A DNA stretch of 64,000 nt. Origin: Myxococcota bacterium (lineage in GTDB: Bacteria > Myxococcota_A > Polyangia > Polyangiales > Sandaracinaceae). Shown piece after piece: positions 11,566-20,799 of the stretch. The notes under the pieces were generated by a model. The model made no database searches and was not told the origin of the DNA. It was given only the letters and a program-made list of their open reading frames with translations. How positions within the stretch are numbered: the first letter of the stretch is position 1; the number at the start of each line of letters is the position of its first letter. The stretch lies in contig JAYZQJ010000182.1 in NCBI GenBank assembly GCA_036149055.1, positions 1 to 64,000 of the forward strand, given 5' to 3'. The position numbers were made by a program, and so were the translations under genes.

Positions 11566-12692
11566 CGCGCCTGCTCGCGATGCTCGCCGCGGTGGTCCGC
11601 AAGGAGGTGCGCCAGACGGTGCGCGACCGCCGGATGATGGCGCTCCTGATCATCGCGCCCGTCGTCCAGCTCTTCGTCTTCGGGCACGCGGTGAACCTCG
11701 AGGTCGACGACGTGCCCACGGTGGTCGTCGACCGGGACGCCACCCGCGCCAGCCGCACACACCTGCGGCGGCTGCTCGCGGACGGAACCCTCACCCAGGT
11801 CGGCGCGGAGACGAGCGCGGAGGAGGCGGAGCGCTGGCTCGAGGAGGGGCGCGCCGCGGTGGTGCTCGTGGTGCCGGAGGGCTTCGAGCGCGATCTCGTC
11901 CGCGGCCGCCCGGCCGAGCTCCAGGCCATCCTCGACGGCTCGGACCCCAACCGGGCGGGCGTCGCCGCCTCGGCGGTGAGCGGCTACGCGGCGCGCGAGA
12001 GCGAGGGCCGCGTGCGAGCCCGGCTGCGGCAGCTCGGCGTCCAGAGAGGCGCCGTGCGCACCCGCGCCCGCGTGCTCTTCAACCCCGAGCTCGACACCGC
12101 CATCTACATGGTGCCCGGCGTGGCCGCGATGCTGCTCCTGCTGATCACCACGGTGATCGCGGCGATGGGGCTCAGCCGGGAGCGCGAGCGGGGCACGCTC
12201 GAGCAGATCCTGGTCACCCCGGTGCCGAGCGGGGTGCTCATCCTCGGCAAGATCCTCCCCTTCGCGGTCATCGGCCTCGTGGACTTCGGCGTCGCGCTCG
12301 TCGTCGGCGCCTTCGTCTTCGACATGCCGCTGCGCGGTGACTTCGTCGTCCTCTTCGGCGCGACCGTGCTCTACCTGCTCGTGACGCTGGGCATGGGGCT
12401 GCTCATCTCCACCCTGAGCCGCAGCCAGCAGCAGGCGTTCATGGGCGGCTTCCTCTTCATGCTGCCCGCGGCGCTCCTCTCCGGGATCATGACCCCCATC
12501 GGGTCAATGCCCGAGTGGCTGCAGCCGCTCACGCTCGTCAACCCGCTGCGCCACTACGCCGAGGTGCTGCGCGGCGTGCTCCTGCGCGGCGCCGGGCTCG
12601 CCGAGGTCTCCAGCCAGGTCGCCGTGCTGGCGGCGATGGGGGCCTTCGTCTTCGGCTTCGCCGCGCTCCGCTTCCGCAACTCCACGAGGTGA
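11562..12692 (+). CDS. ABC-2 type permease (YbhR-like)
   Basis: KEVRQTVRD, RERERGTLEQILVTP, NPLRHY; GTGA overlap. Confidence 0.92.
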   Translation: MTRLLAMLAAVVRKEVRQTVRDRRMMALLIIAPVVQLFVFGHAVNLEVDDVPTVVVDRDATRASRTHLRRLLADGTLTQVGAETSAEEAERWLEEGRAAVVLVVPEGFERDLVRGRPAELQAILDGSDPNRAGVAASAVSGYAARESEGRVRARLRQLGVQRGAVRTRARVLFNPELDTAIYMVPGVAAMLLLLITTVIAAMGLSRERERGTLEQILVTPVPSGVLILGKILPFAVIGLVDFGVALVVGAFVFDMPLRGDFVVLFGATVLYLLVTLGMGLLISTLSRSQQQAFMGGFLFMLPAALLSGIMTPIGSMPEWLQPLTLVNPLRHYAEVLRGVLLRGAGLAEVSSQVAVLAAMGAFVFGFAALRFRNSTR

Positions 12693-12697
12693 CCTCC

Positions 12698-14152
12698 ATG
12701 CTCCGAGCCCTTTCGTTCCTCTGCGCCCTCGCGCCGTCGGTGGCGCTCGCGCAGGCCGTGCCCGAGGCGCCGCGGCCGACCTTCGATCTCGCGGCCGCGA
12801 TCGCGGAGGGCCCGCCGATGACCGCCGAGCGCGCGGCCGCGCGCGCCCTCGCCGCGTCGCCTTCGATGGAGGAGGCGCGCGCGCTCTCGCGGGCCGCGGA
12901 GGCGAGCGTGGCCCGGGCGCGCGCCGCGATGCTCCCCCGCCTCGAGCTGAGCGCCACCTATCAGCACATCGACGGCTTCCCGGACGGCGAGATCGCCATC
13001 GGCGGAGACCCCGCGGCCCTCGAGGCGGCCCGCATGCTCGCCGAGCGGGTGAGCGATCCGGCCGCGCGCACGCTCTGGCTCGGCAGCCTCGAGCAGCAGG
13101 GTCGGGGCGCGAGCATCGAGATCCCGCGGGACCGCTTCGGGCTCTCGGCGCGCCTGACCTGGCCGGTCACCGATCTCTTCTTCGCGATGATGCCCGCGCT
13201 CGAGGCGGCCGAGCAGTCGGCGCGCGCGCGGGCGCTGTCGCTCGAGGCGAGCCAGCGAGGCGTCGTGCGGAGCGCGCGCGAGGCCTTCTATCAGCTCGCC
13301 CGGGCGCGCGGCGGGCTCGCGGTGGCCCAGGAGGCGGCGCGACAGGCCGACGCGCTGCGCGCCCAGATCGAGGCGGCGGTGCGGGCGGGCCTGCTGACCG
13401 AGGCCGATCGCCTCGCCGCCGACGCCCGGGTCGCGGGCGCGGAGCGCGCGGTGGCCAACGCCGAGATGGGCGTGGCCGTGGCCGACGCCGCGCTCCGCGC
13501 GATGCTCGACGCGGAGGACGGCCCGGCCCACGGCGTCGCGGAGCCGCTCTTCGTCGACGACCCGTCGCCTCCGCGCCCCGCCGCCGCCCTGGCCTCGGAG
13601 GCGGTGGCCCGGCGACCGGAGCTCGAGGCCCTGCGCGCGCAGATCCGATCTCGGGGCGCCGCTCGGGCCGCCAGCGCCGCGAGCGGCTACCCGCACCTCT
13701 CGGTGTACGCGGGGGCCGACTACGCCAACCCGAACCGCTACCAGATCCCGCCGCGCGCCGAATTCACGCCGAGCTGGGAGGTGGGCGCGGCGCTGGTCTG
13801 GTCTCCGAACGACACGCTGTCGGCCGCGCACCAGGGCGACGCGCTCTCGGCCGAGATCGCGGCCCTCGAGGCCCAGGAGGCCCAGCTCGCCCGCATGGTC
13901 CGCCTCGAGGTGCGCCAGGCCCGGGCGCGCTGGATGGCGGCGCGCGCCTCGGTCGACGCGGCCCGCACCGAGCGGGAGGCGGCCGAGGCCGCCTACGAGA
14001 GCCGCTTCGCCCAGCTCCGCGCCGGGCACGCCACCAGCGCCGACCTGTTCGCCGCGGAGGGCCAGCTCAACGGGGCGCGCCTCGCCGAGCTCGACGCCGC
14101 GATCCAGCTCCACCTCGCCCGCGTCCAGCTCGAGCACGCCAGCGGAGAGTGA
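12698..14152 (+). CDS. TolC family outer membrane efflux protein
   Basis: Signal peptide; two OEP-like repeats (AMLPRLEL, RRPEL, GYPHLSV); follows the ABC permeases. Confidence 0.85.
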   Translation: MLRALSFLCALAPSVALAQAVPEAPRPTFDLAAAIAEGPPMTAERAAARALAASPSMEEARALSRAAEASVARARAAMLPRLELSATYQHIDGFPDGEIAIGGDPAALEAARMLAERVSDPAARTLWLGSLEQQGRGASIEIPRDRFGLSARLTWPVTDLFFAMMPALEAAEQSARARALSLEASQRGVVRSAREAFYQLARARGGLAVAQEAARQADALRAQIEAAVRAGLLTEADRLAADARVAGAERAVANAEMGVAVADAALRAMLDAEDGPAHGVAEPLFVDDPSPPRPAAALASEAVARRPELEALRAQIRSRGAARAASAASGYPHLSVYAGADYANPNRYQIPPRAEFTPSWEVGAALVWSPNDTLSAAHQGDALSAEIAALEAQEAQLARMVRLEVRQARARWMAARASVDAARTEREAAEAAYESRFAQLRAGHATSADLFAAEGQLNGARLAELDAAIQLHLARVQLEHASGE

Positions 14153-14208
14153 ATTGTCTCTCGGGGCGCGGTGGACGTTCCCCCGATCGGACCCGAGACT
14201 TCGGGTCG

Positions 14209-15795
14209 ATGACCGGTTCGCTCGACGCGCTGCACTTCGACGACTCCTTCGTCCGGGAGCTCCCCGGCGACCCCGAGGAAGAGAACTTCCGCCGCCAGGT
14301 GCGCGGCGCGATGTACTCGCGTGTCGCGCCGACGCCGGTCTCCGCGCCGAAGCTCATCGCGCTCTCGCCGGAGTGCGCGCGGCTGCTCGACCTCGACCCG
14401 GAGGCGCTCGACGAGGAGCGCCTCGCGGCGGTCTTCTCGGGCAACGCCCTCCTCGACGGCATGGAGCCCTACGCCGCGTGCTACGGCGGGCACCAGTTCG
14501 GCAACTGGGCGGGCCAGCTCGGCGACGGCCGCGCGATCACCCTCGGCGAGGTCCTGAACGCGCGCGGCGAGCGCTGGGAGCTGCAGCTCAAGGGCGCCGG
14601 GCCCACGCCCTACTCGCGCATGGGCGACGGCCGCGCGGTGATGCGCTCGTCGGTCCGCGAGTTCCTCTGCAGCGAGGCGATGCATCACCTCGGCGTGCCG
14701 ACCACCCGCGCGCTCTGCCTCGTGGGCACCGGCGACGACGTCGTGCGCGACATGTTCTACGACGGCAACGCCGCCCCCGAGCCGGGCGCCGTCGTCTGCC
14801 GGGTCTCGCCGAGCTTCCTGCGCTTCGGCAACTGGGAGATCCTCGCGGCGCGGAGCGACGTGGAGGGGCTCCGGCGGCTGACCGAGTACGCCCTGAGGAC
14901 CCACTTCCCGGAGCTGGCGAAGGACACGCTCGGCCCCGAGGTCGTCGCCGCGTGGCTCGCCGAGATCGCGCGCCGCACCGCGGTGATGATCGCGGGCTGG
15001 ATGCGCGTCGGCTTCGTGCACGGGGTGATGAACACCGACAACATGTCGGTCCTCGGGCTGACCATCGACTACGGCCCCTACGGCTGGCTCGAGGGCTACG
15101 AGCCAAGCTGGACGCCGAACACCACCGACGCGTCCGGCCGACGCTACGCCTACGGGCGCCAGCCGCAGATCGCGCTCTGGAACCTGGTGCGCTTCGCCAA
15201 CGCGCTCGTGCCGCTCGCCGGCGAGCCCAAGCTCCTCGAGGACGCGCTCGACGCCTACGGCGACGCCTTCGTGACCGCGCAGCGTGAGATGTTCTCCGGG
15301 AAGCTCGGCCTCGACATCCGCCCCGAGGAGGACGACGCGCTCGTCCAGACGCTGCTCGAGACCCTGCAGAAGACCGAGACGGACATGCCGATCTTCTTCC
15401 GCAAGCTCGCCGACGCGCCGACCGGCGAGGGCGAGGCCCGGCTCGACGCGGTGATGGACGCGTTCTACGCGCCCGACGAGGTGACCGGCGAGGTGCGCGA
15501 GGCGTTCGTGGGCTGGCTCGACCGCTGGGCCGCGCGCGTGCGGGAGGAGGGCGTGCCCGCCGAGACCCGCCGCGCGAAGATGAACGCCGCGAACCCGAAG
15601 TACGTGCCGCGGAACTACCTCGCCCAGCTCGCGATCGACGAGGCGGAGAAGGGCGACGGCGGCAAGCTCCTCGAGCTGCTCGACGTGCTGCGCCGCCCCT
15701 ACGACGAGCAGCCCGGCCGCGAGGCGTACGCCGAGAAGCGCCCGGAGTGGGCCCGCCACCGCGCCGGCTGCTCGATGCTCAGCTGCAGCTCCTGA
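14209..15795 (+). CDS. selO: Protein adenylyltransferase SelO/YdiU
   Basis: YGGHQFG, GQLGDGRA, LQLKGAGPTPYSR, GVMNTDNMS, IDYGPYG, C-terminal CSMLSCSS. Confidence 0.95.
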   Translation: MTGSLDALHFDDSFVRELPGDPEEENFRRQVRGAMYSRVAPTPVSAPKLIALSPECARLLDLDPEALDEERLAAVFSGNALLDGMEPYAACYGGHQFGNWAGQLGDGRAITLGEVLNARGERWELQLKGAGPTPYSRMGDGRAVMRSSVREFLCSEAMHHLGVPTTRALCLVGTGDDVVRDMFYDGNAAPEPGAVVCRVSPSFLRFGNWEILAARSDVEGLRRLTEYALRTHFPELAKDTLGPEVVAAWLAEIARRTAVMIAGWMRVGFVHGVMNTDNMSVLGLTIDYGPYGWLEGYEPSWTPNTTDASGRRYAYGRQPQIALWNLVRFANALVPLAGEPKLLEDALDAYGDAFVTAQREMFSGKLGLDIRPEEDDALVQTLLETLQKTETDMPIFFRKLADAPTGEGEARLDAVMDAFYAPDEVTGEVREAFVGWLDRWAARVREEGVPAETRRAKMNAANPKYVPRNYLAQLAIDEAEKGDGGKLLELLDVLRRPYDEQPGREAYAEKRPEWARHRAGCSMLSCSS

Positions 15796-16383
15796 TCAGC
15801 GCCCCTCGAGCGCGCGGATCCGCGCCGCGAGCTGCGCGTCGGCCGCGCCGCACGGGTCCTCGCGCGCGGGGTCGAACGGGACGAAGTCGAAGCAGCGGGT
15901 CTGGGCCACCCCGAGCTCGGCGGGGCCGGGCGTGCTGGCGCTCCCGACCGCGACCCGCCCGTCCGTCGTCTGCACCTGGGCGGCCGACGTCGCGAGCGGT
16001 CCGAGGCTGCGCACGCGCACGACGCCCGAGGCGGGCACCGCGAGCCGACCGACGTCGCCGTCCCAGCGGATCTCGGTCGACACGGCGGGGTCCTCGAGCA
16101 CGTAGACCGCCTCGCGATCGGCGGGCGCGTCGAGCACGAGCGTCGGTAGATCGTCGTAGCCGTCCTGGAAGAACGTCAGCCAGATCGCGAGCACGCCGCC
16201 CGCCGCCCCGAGCGCCAGCCCGCCCAGCGCCCCCAGCAGCCCGCCGCGCCCGCGCCGCCCCTCGCCTGCGCGCCAGCGCCCGACGAGCAGCCCCACCCCG
16301 GCGAGGACCAGCGCCGGGAGCGCCACCATCGCCGCCATCGCGATCAGGATCGCGAGCGCCAAGCCGCCGTCGGGCCCACCCAT
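15796..16383 (-). CDS. Hypothetical membrane protein
   Basis: Two hydrophobic segments then a soluble domain with a Cys pair; stop abuts the selO stop. Confidence 0.6.
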   Translation of the reverse strand: MGGPDGGLALAILIAMAAMVALPALVLAGVGLLVGRWRAGEGRRGRGGLLGALGGLALGAAGGVLAIWLTFFQDGYDDLPTLVLDAPADREAVYVLEDPAVSTEIRWDGDVGRLAVPASGVVRVRSLGPLATSAAQVQTTDGRVAVGSASTPGPAELGVAQTRCFDFVPFDPAREDPCGAADAQLAARIRALEGR

Positions 16384-16468
16384 GCGGCGCACGATAGCGC
16401 CCCGTGAGCCCGGCGGGGAACTTCAGTCGCCGCGGACGGTCGCAGCGAATCGTGCGAGGCTGTACGAC

Positions 16469-18283
16469 GTGACGGCGCTGCTCTCCGAGTACGGGCTCTG
16501 GGTGCTGGGCGCGCTCCTGGGAGCCGGCGCCGTCCTCGGCGCGGCGGTCGGCGAGGCGGTGCGGCGACGCCGGGATCCCCTGCGCGCGCGCGGCTCCGCG
16601 TCGGGCGTGCGGGTGACCGGGAGGCTGAGGGCGAGCGCGAGGCACGGCAGCGTGGTGACCCTGATCACCGGCGTCGACGCGGAGGGCGCGGAGCTCGGGC
16701 GGCACACGGTCCGGTGCGGCGAGCTCTGGCTCGAGACGCCGGACGGCGACCTGGAGGTGAGCGGCGCCGTCACGGTGGTCGGCGCGGGGCAGCGGGTGCG
16801 GCCGGGCGAGCTGCAGTCGACGCTCCTCGAGCACGCCAAGGCCGCGCACCCGGAGCTGGCGTGGCAGCTCGAGGAGATGCCGCTCGAGGTCCGGGTGCTG
16901 CACGACGGCGACCGGGTGACCGCGATGGGCGCCCTCACCCGCACCCCCGACGAGGCGGGGAGCTACCGCGAGAGCGCGTCGCGGCGGGTGCTGGTCGGCC
17001 TCGACGCGGACGGAGTGCGGCTCCTGCGCCCGACCCGGCGGGCCGCGCTCCGAGGCGCGGCGGCGGGCGCGCTGCTCGCGGTCCTCACCGTCGCGGGGGG
17101 CGCCCGCGCCGGGTGGGAGACGATGGAGCTGCTCGACCCGACGCGCCGCCATCTGGTCGTGAACCGCATCCTCGCGTCGCACCCCGAGAAGATCGGCCGC
17201 CGCGACGCGGAGGTCCTCCTGCACCTCATGAACGAGCGCGACTCGAGGCGAGCGCGGGTCCTCTCCGCGCTCGGTCGACGGGACGAGGCGGTCGCCGCGG
17301 CCACCCGGGGCGCGCGAGGTCCTCACGATCGCGCGGAGGCGCTGGTGAGCGCGGGGCTGATCGACGAGGCGCGCGAGACCCTGCGCCACACCCAGGGCCG
17401 CGAGGCGCGCGCCCACGAGGTGGTCATCGCCGCCCGCGGGCGATGGCGCGGGACCCGGGCCGCCATCTGGCGACGCGCGCTCGAGCGAGTGTGCGGCGAG
17501 CGCTGGGGCTGCGCCGCGCACCCTCGCCTCCTGGACACGTTCGAGCCTCCACGCCCGAGCGCCGCGGTGGCGCTGAGCGGCCGCCTCGACGAGCGCGCCC
17601 TCGCCGAGGCCCGGATCGTGCACCGCGTGACCCGGGACGCGACCCGCGAGGACGACCGCGTCGCGACGTCGTTCGCGCGGAGCTCCCTCTACCTGTCGGC
17701 GGCGCTGGCCGGCGTCGGCGCCGATGACGAGGCCGCGTGCGTCCTTCGGGCCGTGACGCCGGCGCTGTCGGCGTGGCCCGGTCTGGCGGGCGCGTTCGCG
17801 CGGCGGGTCGAGACCCAGCGTCACGTCCTGGCGGTGCTGCGCGGAGAGGCCCTCGACGATCCGCCGCCGTCGCTCGCGCCGAGGGTCTCGCTCCTCCGAG
17901 CGGAGAGCCTGGAGGAGGCGCCGCGAGGCCGCGGCCTGTCGGACTGGCTCGCGTGGCGGCTGGACGACCTCCGGGTCGGGCGGCCGCTCCCGCTCGAGCC
18001 CAACGTGCACTCGCCGTCCCGGTACCTCGAGATGGCGAGCCTCGCCCACCTGCTGCCTCCGGAGGAGCGCCTGCGGGTGGCCGAGTGGGCGCGGCAGGCG
18101 CGCCCCTCGGGTCTCCAGTCGGGCCTCGACCTGCAGCGCGAGGTCGCCCGCGAGCGGCTCCTCGGCGCCCTGGGCGAGGAGAGCGCGGCGGCGCGGCTCG
18201 GGCGGGTCATCGAGCGCAGGCGACGGCGGGACTGGACGCTCTCCGACCTCGGCGCGTGCGCCGCGCGCCCCGGCGGTCTATAG
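16469..18283 (+). CDS. Hypothetical membrane protein with helical-repeat C-terminal region
   Basis: N-terminal TM, beta-rich domain, second TM, TPR-like helices. Start GTG 16469 approximate. Confidence 0.55.
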   Translation: MTALLSEYGLWVLGALLGAGAVLGAAVGEAVRRRRDPLRARGSASGVRVTGRLRASARHGSVVTLITGVDAEGAELGRHTVRCGELWLETPDGDLEVSGAVTVVGAGQRVRPGELQSTLLEHAKAAHPELAWQLEEMPLEVRVLHDGDRVTAMGALTRTPDEAGSYRESASRRVLVGLDADGVRLLRPTRRAALRGAAAGALLAVLTVAGGARAGWETMELLDPTRRHLVVNRILASHPEKIGRRDAEVLLHLMNERDSRRARVLSALGRRDEAVAAATRGARGPHDRAEALVSAGLIDEARETLRHTQGREARAHEVVIAARGRWRGTRAAIWRRALERVCGERWGCAAHPRLLDTFEPPRPSAAVALSGRLDERALAEARIVHRVTRDATREDDRVATSFARSSLYLSAALAGVGADDEAACVLRAVTPALSAWPGLAGAFARRVETQRHVLAVLRGEALDDPPPSLAPRVSLLRAESLEEAPRGRGLSDWLAWRLDDLRVGRPLPLEPNVHSPSRYLEMASLAHLLPPEERLRVAEWARQARPSGLQSGLDLQREVARERLLGALGEESAAARLGRVIERRRRRDWTLSDLGACAARPGGL

Positions 18284-18292
18284 GCAGCCTCG

Positions 18293-18718
18293 ATGACTCG
18301 AACGAAGCTTTCCATCCTCTTGCTCGCTGCCCTCGGGTGCGTCGCCTGCGGCGCGCCGCAGGGACCTCACGTCCGCTTCGCCAGCGCGTCGCCCTCCGAG
18401 ATCGAGGCGGCCCAGGCGACGGGTGAGACGGTCTGGTACGACTTCGAGGCCGGCGACGAGGTCCCGCTCGAGATGGGCCTGCTGGGCGTGGCCGAGGCGG
18501 TGACCGACCAGCCGATCCGCATGGTGGCCCAGCGCGCGTTCTCGATCGTGGTGTTCCCCGACGGCCGCACGGCGTTCAGCTTCGACGGGAGCAGCCTGGT
18601 GAGCGCGCAGCGGGTGGCCCGCTGGAGCGTGGCGCTCGGCCACGACGCGCAGCGCGGGCGCGCCGCCATCGTGCTCTTCATCGGCCAGGCGCAGGACGTC
18701 CCGCCGGAGCTCCGGTAG
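18293..18718 (+). CDS. Hypothetical lipoprotein
   Basis: Signal peptide with Cys (LGCVAC); typical codon pattern. Confidence 0.7.
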   Translation: MTRTKLSILLLAALGCVACGAPQGPHVRFASASPSEIEAAQATGETVWYDFEAGDEVPLEMGLLGVAEAVTDQPIRMVAQRAFSIVVFPDGRTAFSFDGSSLVSAQRVARWSVALGHDAQRGRAAIVLFIGQAQDVPPELR

Positions 18719-18784
18719 ACAGCCCGCCTCTCCCTCGAACGCTCTTCGGACCTCCCTCATCGGAGGTCTCCGGGGGCTTCTCGA

Positions 18785-18984
18785 TTTCACGCAGAGGCGC
18801 AGAGGCGCAGAGGTGGGTCGGGGGGTCGGCCCGTGACGCTTCGCGTTCGACCTCGGCCACGACTCCGCCCGAGCTCGGCGACTCCACGCCCACGTCGACT
18901 CCCGTCGCGCGTTCGCGAGCGCAGGCAGCGGGTGGCCACCTGCCGTCCCGCTGCCCCTCTGCGTCTCTGCGCCTCTGCGAGAGA
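18785..18984. repeat. Inverted pair of octamer-triad arms (REP/MITE-like element)
   Basis: TTTCACGCAGAGGCGCAGAGGCGCAGAGG (18785-18813) and CCTCTGCGTCTCTGCGCCTCTGCGAGAGA (18956-18984) form a 29-bp near-perfect inverted repeat. Confidence 0.8.
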
Positions 18985-19113
18985 TAAATTGCGGCCGCCG
19001 AGCCGCTCGCAGCACGGAACCCGTCGGCCCCCCGAGATCGCTGCTGGGTCGGACGGCCGAAGGGCTTGAAATGCTCGTCCCCGAGAGCCCATCGTCGGGG
19101 GGCGGAGGTGGTG

Positions 19114-19584
19114 ATGCGAACGATCGCGCTGTCAGTGCTGGCGCTCTCGCTGCTGGGTTGCTCGGACGCCGGGCCGGGGGGTGAGAGCTGCGCCGACCAG
19201 ACGCTGGAGGTGTGCCAGGTCTTCCGGCTCGTGAACGAGGAGCGCGCGGCACAGGGGCTGCCCGCCTACGGGTGGAGCCCCGATCTCGCGCTCGCCGCGC
19301 AGCTCCACGCCGAGGACATGCACGCCAACGACTACTTCAGCCACGACTCCCAGGACGGCCGGAGCTTCGTCGACCGGGTGAACGCGAGCGGCTACGACGG
19401 CGCGCCGCGCGGCGAGAACATCGCCCGGGGCCAGCGCTCGCCCGAGCAGGTGATGATGAGCTGGATGGAATCGGACGGGCACCGCGCCAACATCCTGTCC
19501 GAGGGCTCGAACGAGATCGGCGTCGGCTACGTCGACTTCCACTGGGTCCAGGTCTTCGGCCGGGCCGCCCCGATGGGCGAGTAG
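19114..19584 (+). CDS. CAP/SCP-domain lipoprotein
   Basis: Lipobox LLGC; LVNEERA, HAEDM, YFSHDS, GENIA, WMESDGHRANIL. Confidence 0.9.
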   Translation: MRTIALSVLALSLLGCSDAGPGGESCADQTLEVCQVFRLVNEERAAQGLPAYGWSPDLALAAQLHAEDMHANDYFSHDSQDGRSFVDRVNASGYDGAPRGENIARGQRSPEQVMMSWMESDGHRANILSEGSNEIGVGYVDFHWVQVFGRAAPMGE

Positions 19585-19585
19585 C

Positions 19586-19846
19586 TCACAGCACCTGGAA
19601 GACGACCAGGGCGCTGATCACGACGGCGAAGACGAAGAACACGACCGAGCCCCAGAGGGCCCACCGGGCGCGGGGCGGCGCGGGGCGCGGCTCCCCTCGC
19701 TTGCCGTACTTGCGCTCCAGCTCCTCGAAGTCCGGGATGACCCGATCGATCGCGGTCGCCGAGTTGTCGTCGATGGCGTCGACCTCGTCACCGGACTGTC
19801 GGGTCCGGTAGCGGTTCTTCGGCGCGTATCGCGGCGGGCGAGTCAT
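19586..19846 (-). CDS. Small tail-anchored membrane protein
   Basis: MTRPPRY... with C-terminal hydrophobic helix. Confidence 0.6.
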   Translation of the reverse strand: MTRPPRYAPKNRYRTRQSGDEVDAIDDNSATAIDRVIPDFEELERKYGKRGEPRPAPPRARWALWGSVVFFVFAVVISALVVFQVL

Positions 19847-19956
19847 CGAGCGCGATCCTGCCGAGCTTTGCCCTCGCACCGCAAGGGTGAGCTCAACCCG
19901 ACCGGCCATCCGCTGGCCAGGGCGAGCGGTGATTCTTGCGGGACCGATTTGCCCCC

Positions 19957-20038
19957 GGACGGGGGTGAGCCCAGAGAGGGCGTGGGCAGCCCGCGGGTCG
20001 TTCTTCCCCACCCCGACTCTCCGTGGGCTGTCCTTTTT
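19957..20038 (+). terminator. Long interrupted hairpin followed by T5 (terminator/attenuator-like)
   Basis: GGAC/GTCC, AGCCCA/TGGGCT, GAGAG/CTCTC and GGCGTGGG/CCCACCCC pairings, then TTTTT. Confidence 0.45.
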
Positions 20039-20087
20039 CAATTCTGCGCGGGAACACCGGCGCGCGCCGCGCCGTATTCGAGAGCGC

Positions 20088-20765
20088 ATGGGAGAGCTCG
20101 TCTGCCTCGCCGTCCCGCTCGTGTTCGTGGTCACCCTCGTGACGCTCACGGTGCGGTCCGCGGTCCTCGGCTGGAAGCTCCGGGAGCGCTGGGGCACCGT
20201 GCACGCGCTCCGGGCCGCCGGGACGGGCGCCTACCGTGAGGGGACGATCACCGAGAGTCGCCTGCGCGGCGTGCCCTGGACGGTGATGGTCTCCGGCGTC
20301 TCCGGCACCGCGCTCGCGCTCCTGACCGGCTTCGTCTTCGCCCCCTCCGGGCTGATCGGCGCGCTGGTGTTCGGCGGCTCGCACTCTTCGCACAACTGGA
20401 TGGCCGCGGCGCTCGCCCTCGCGTCCTTCGACGGCTTCGTGCTCGCCATCGCCCTCTACACGAACGCCCGGCGCACGCTGGAGTGCGAGTGGGGCGCCGG
20501 CGAAGGCGGCATGAACGTCGGGCTGTGGTCCCTCTGCCACCACCTCGGCTTGATCTTCGCGTTCCTGGCCGCGATCAGCCTCGGGCACGAGGAGTGGTGG
20601 CTCGCGGTGGCCTTCGCCGCGCCCGGCCTCCTCCACGCCGGGCTCACGATCGCGGCGGCGCGGCGGGTGCGCGCCATCCAGGCGTCGCTGACCCCGGACG
20701 AGCGCGACCGCCTCGAGTGGGCGAAGGACACGCGCGAGCTGCGGGTGCGGGGCATGCTCGGGTGA
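20088..20765 (+). CDS. Hypothetical multi-pass membrane protein (paralog 1)
   Basis: About five TM helices; shares motifs with the next gene. Confidence 0.7.
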   Translation: MGELVCLAVPLVFVVTLVTLTVRSAVLGWKLRERWGTVHALRAAGTGAYREGTITESRLRGVPWTVMVSGVSGTALALLTGFVFAPSGLIGALVFGGSHSSHNWMAAALALASFDGFVLAIALYTNARRTLECEWGAGEGGMNVGLWSLCHHLGLIFAFLAAISLGHEEWWLAVAFAAPGLLHAGLTIAAARRVRAIQASLTPDERDRLEWAKDTRELRVRGMLG

Positions 20766-20799
20766 AACCCGCCGCGAAGGGCGTATCCTGACGACACCG

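Noticed and set aside
15763..15798. Selenocysteine readthrough at the selO TGA
   Set aside because: The protein already ends in the usual bacterial Cys form (SCSS), the next bases belong to a convergent gene, and no SECIS was recognised.
19861..19960. c-di-GMP (GEMM) riboswitch on the minus strand (GGGCAAA seen)
   Set aside because: The GAAA tetraloop and GACGCAAAGC elements are absent at the expected spacing.
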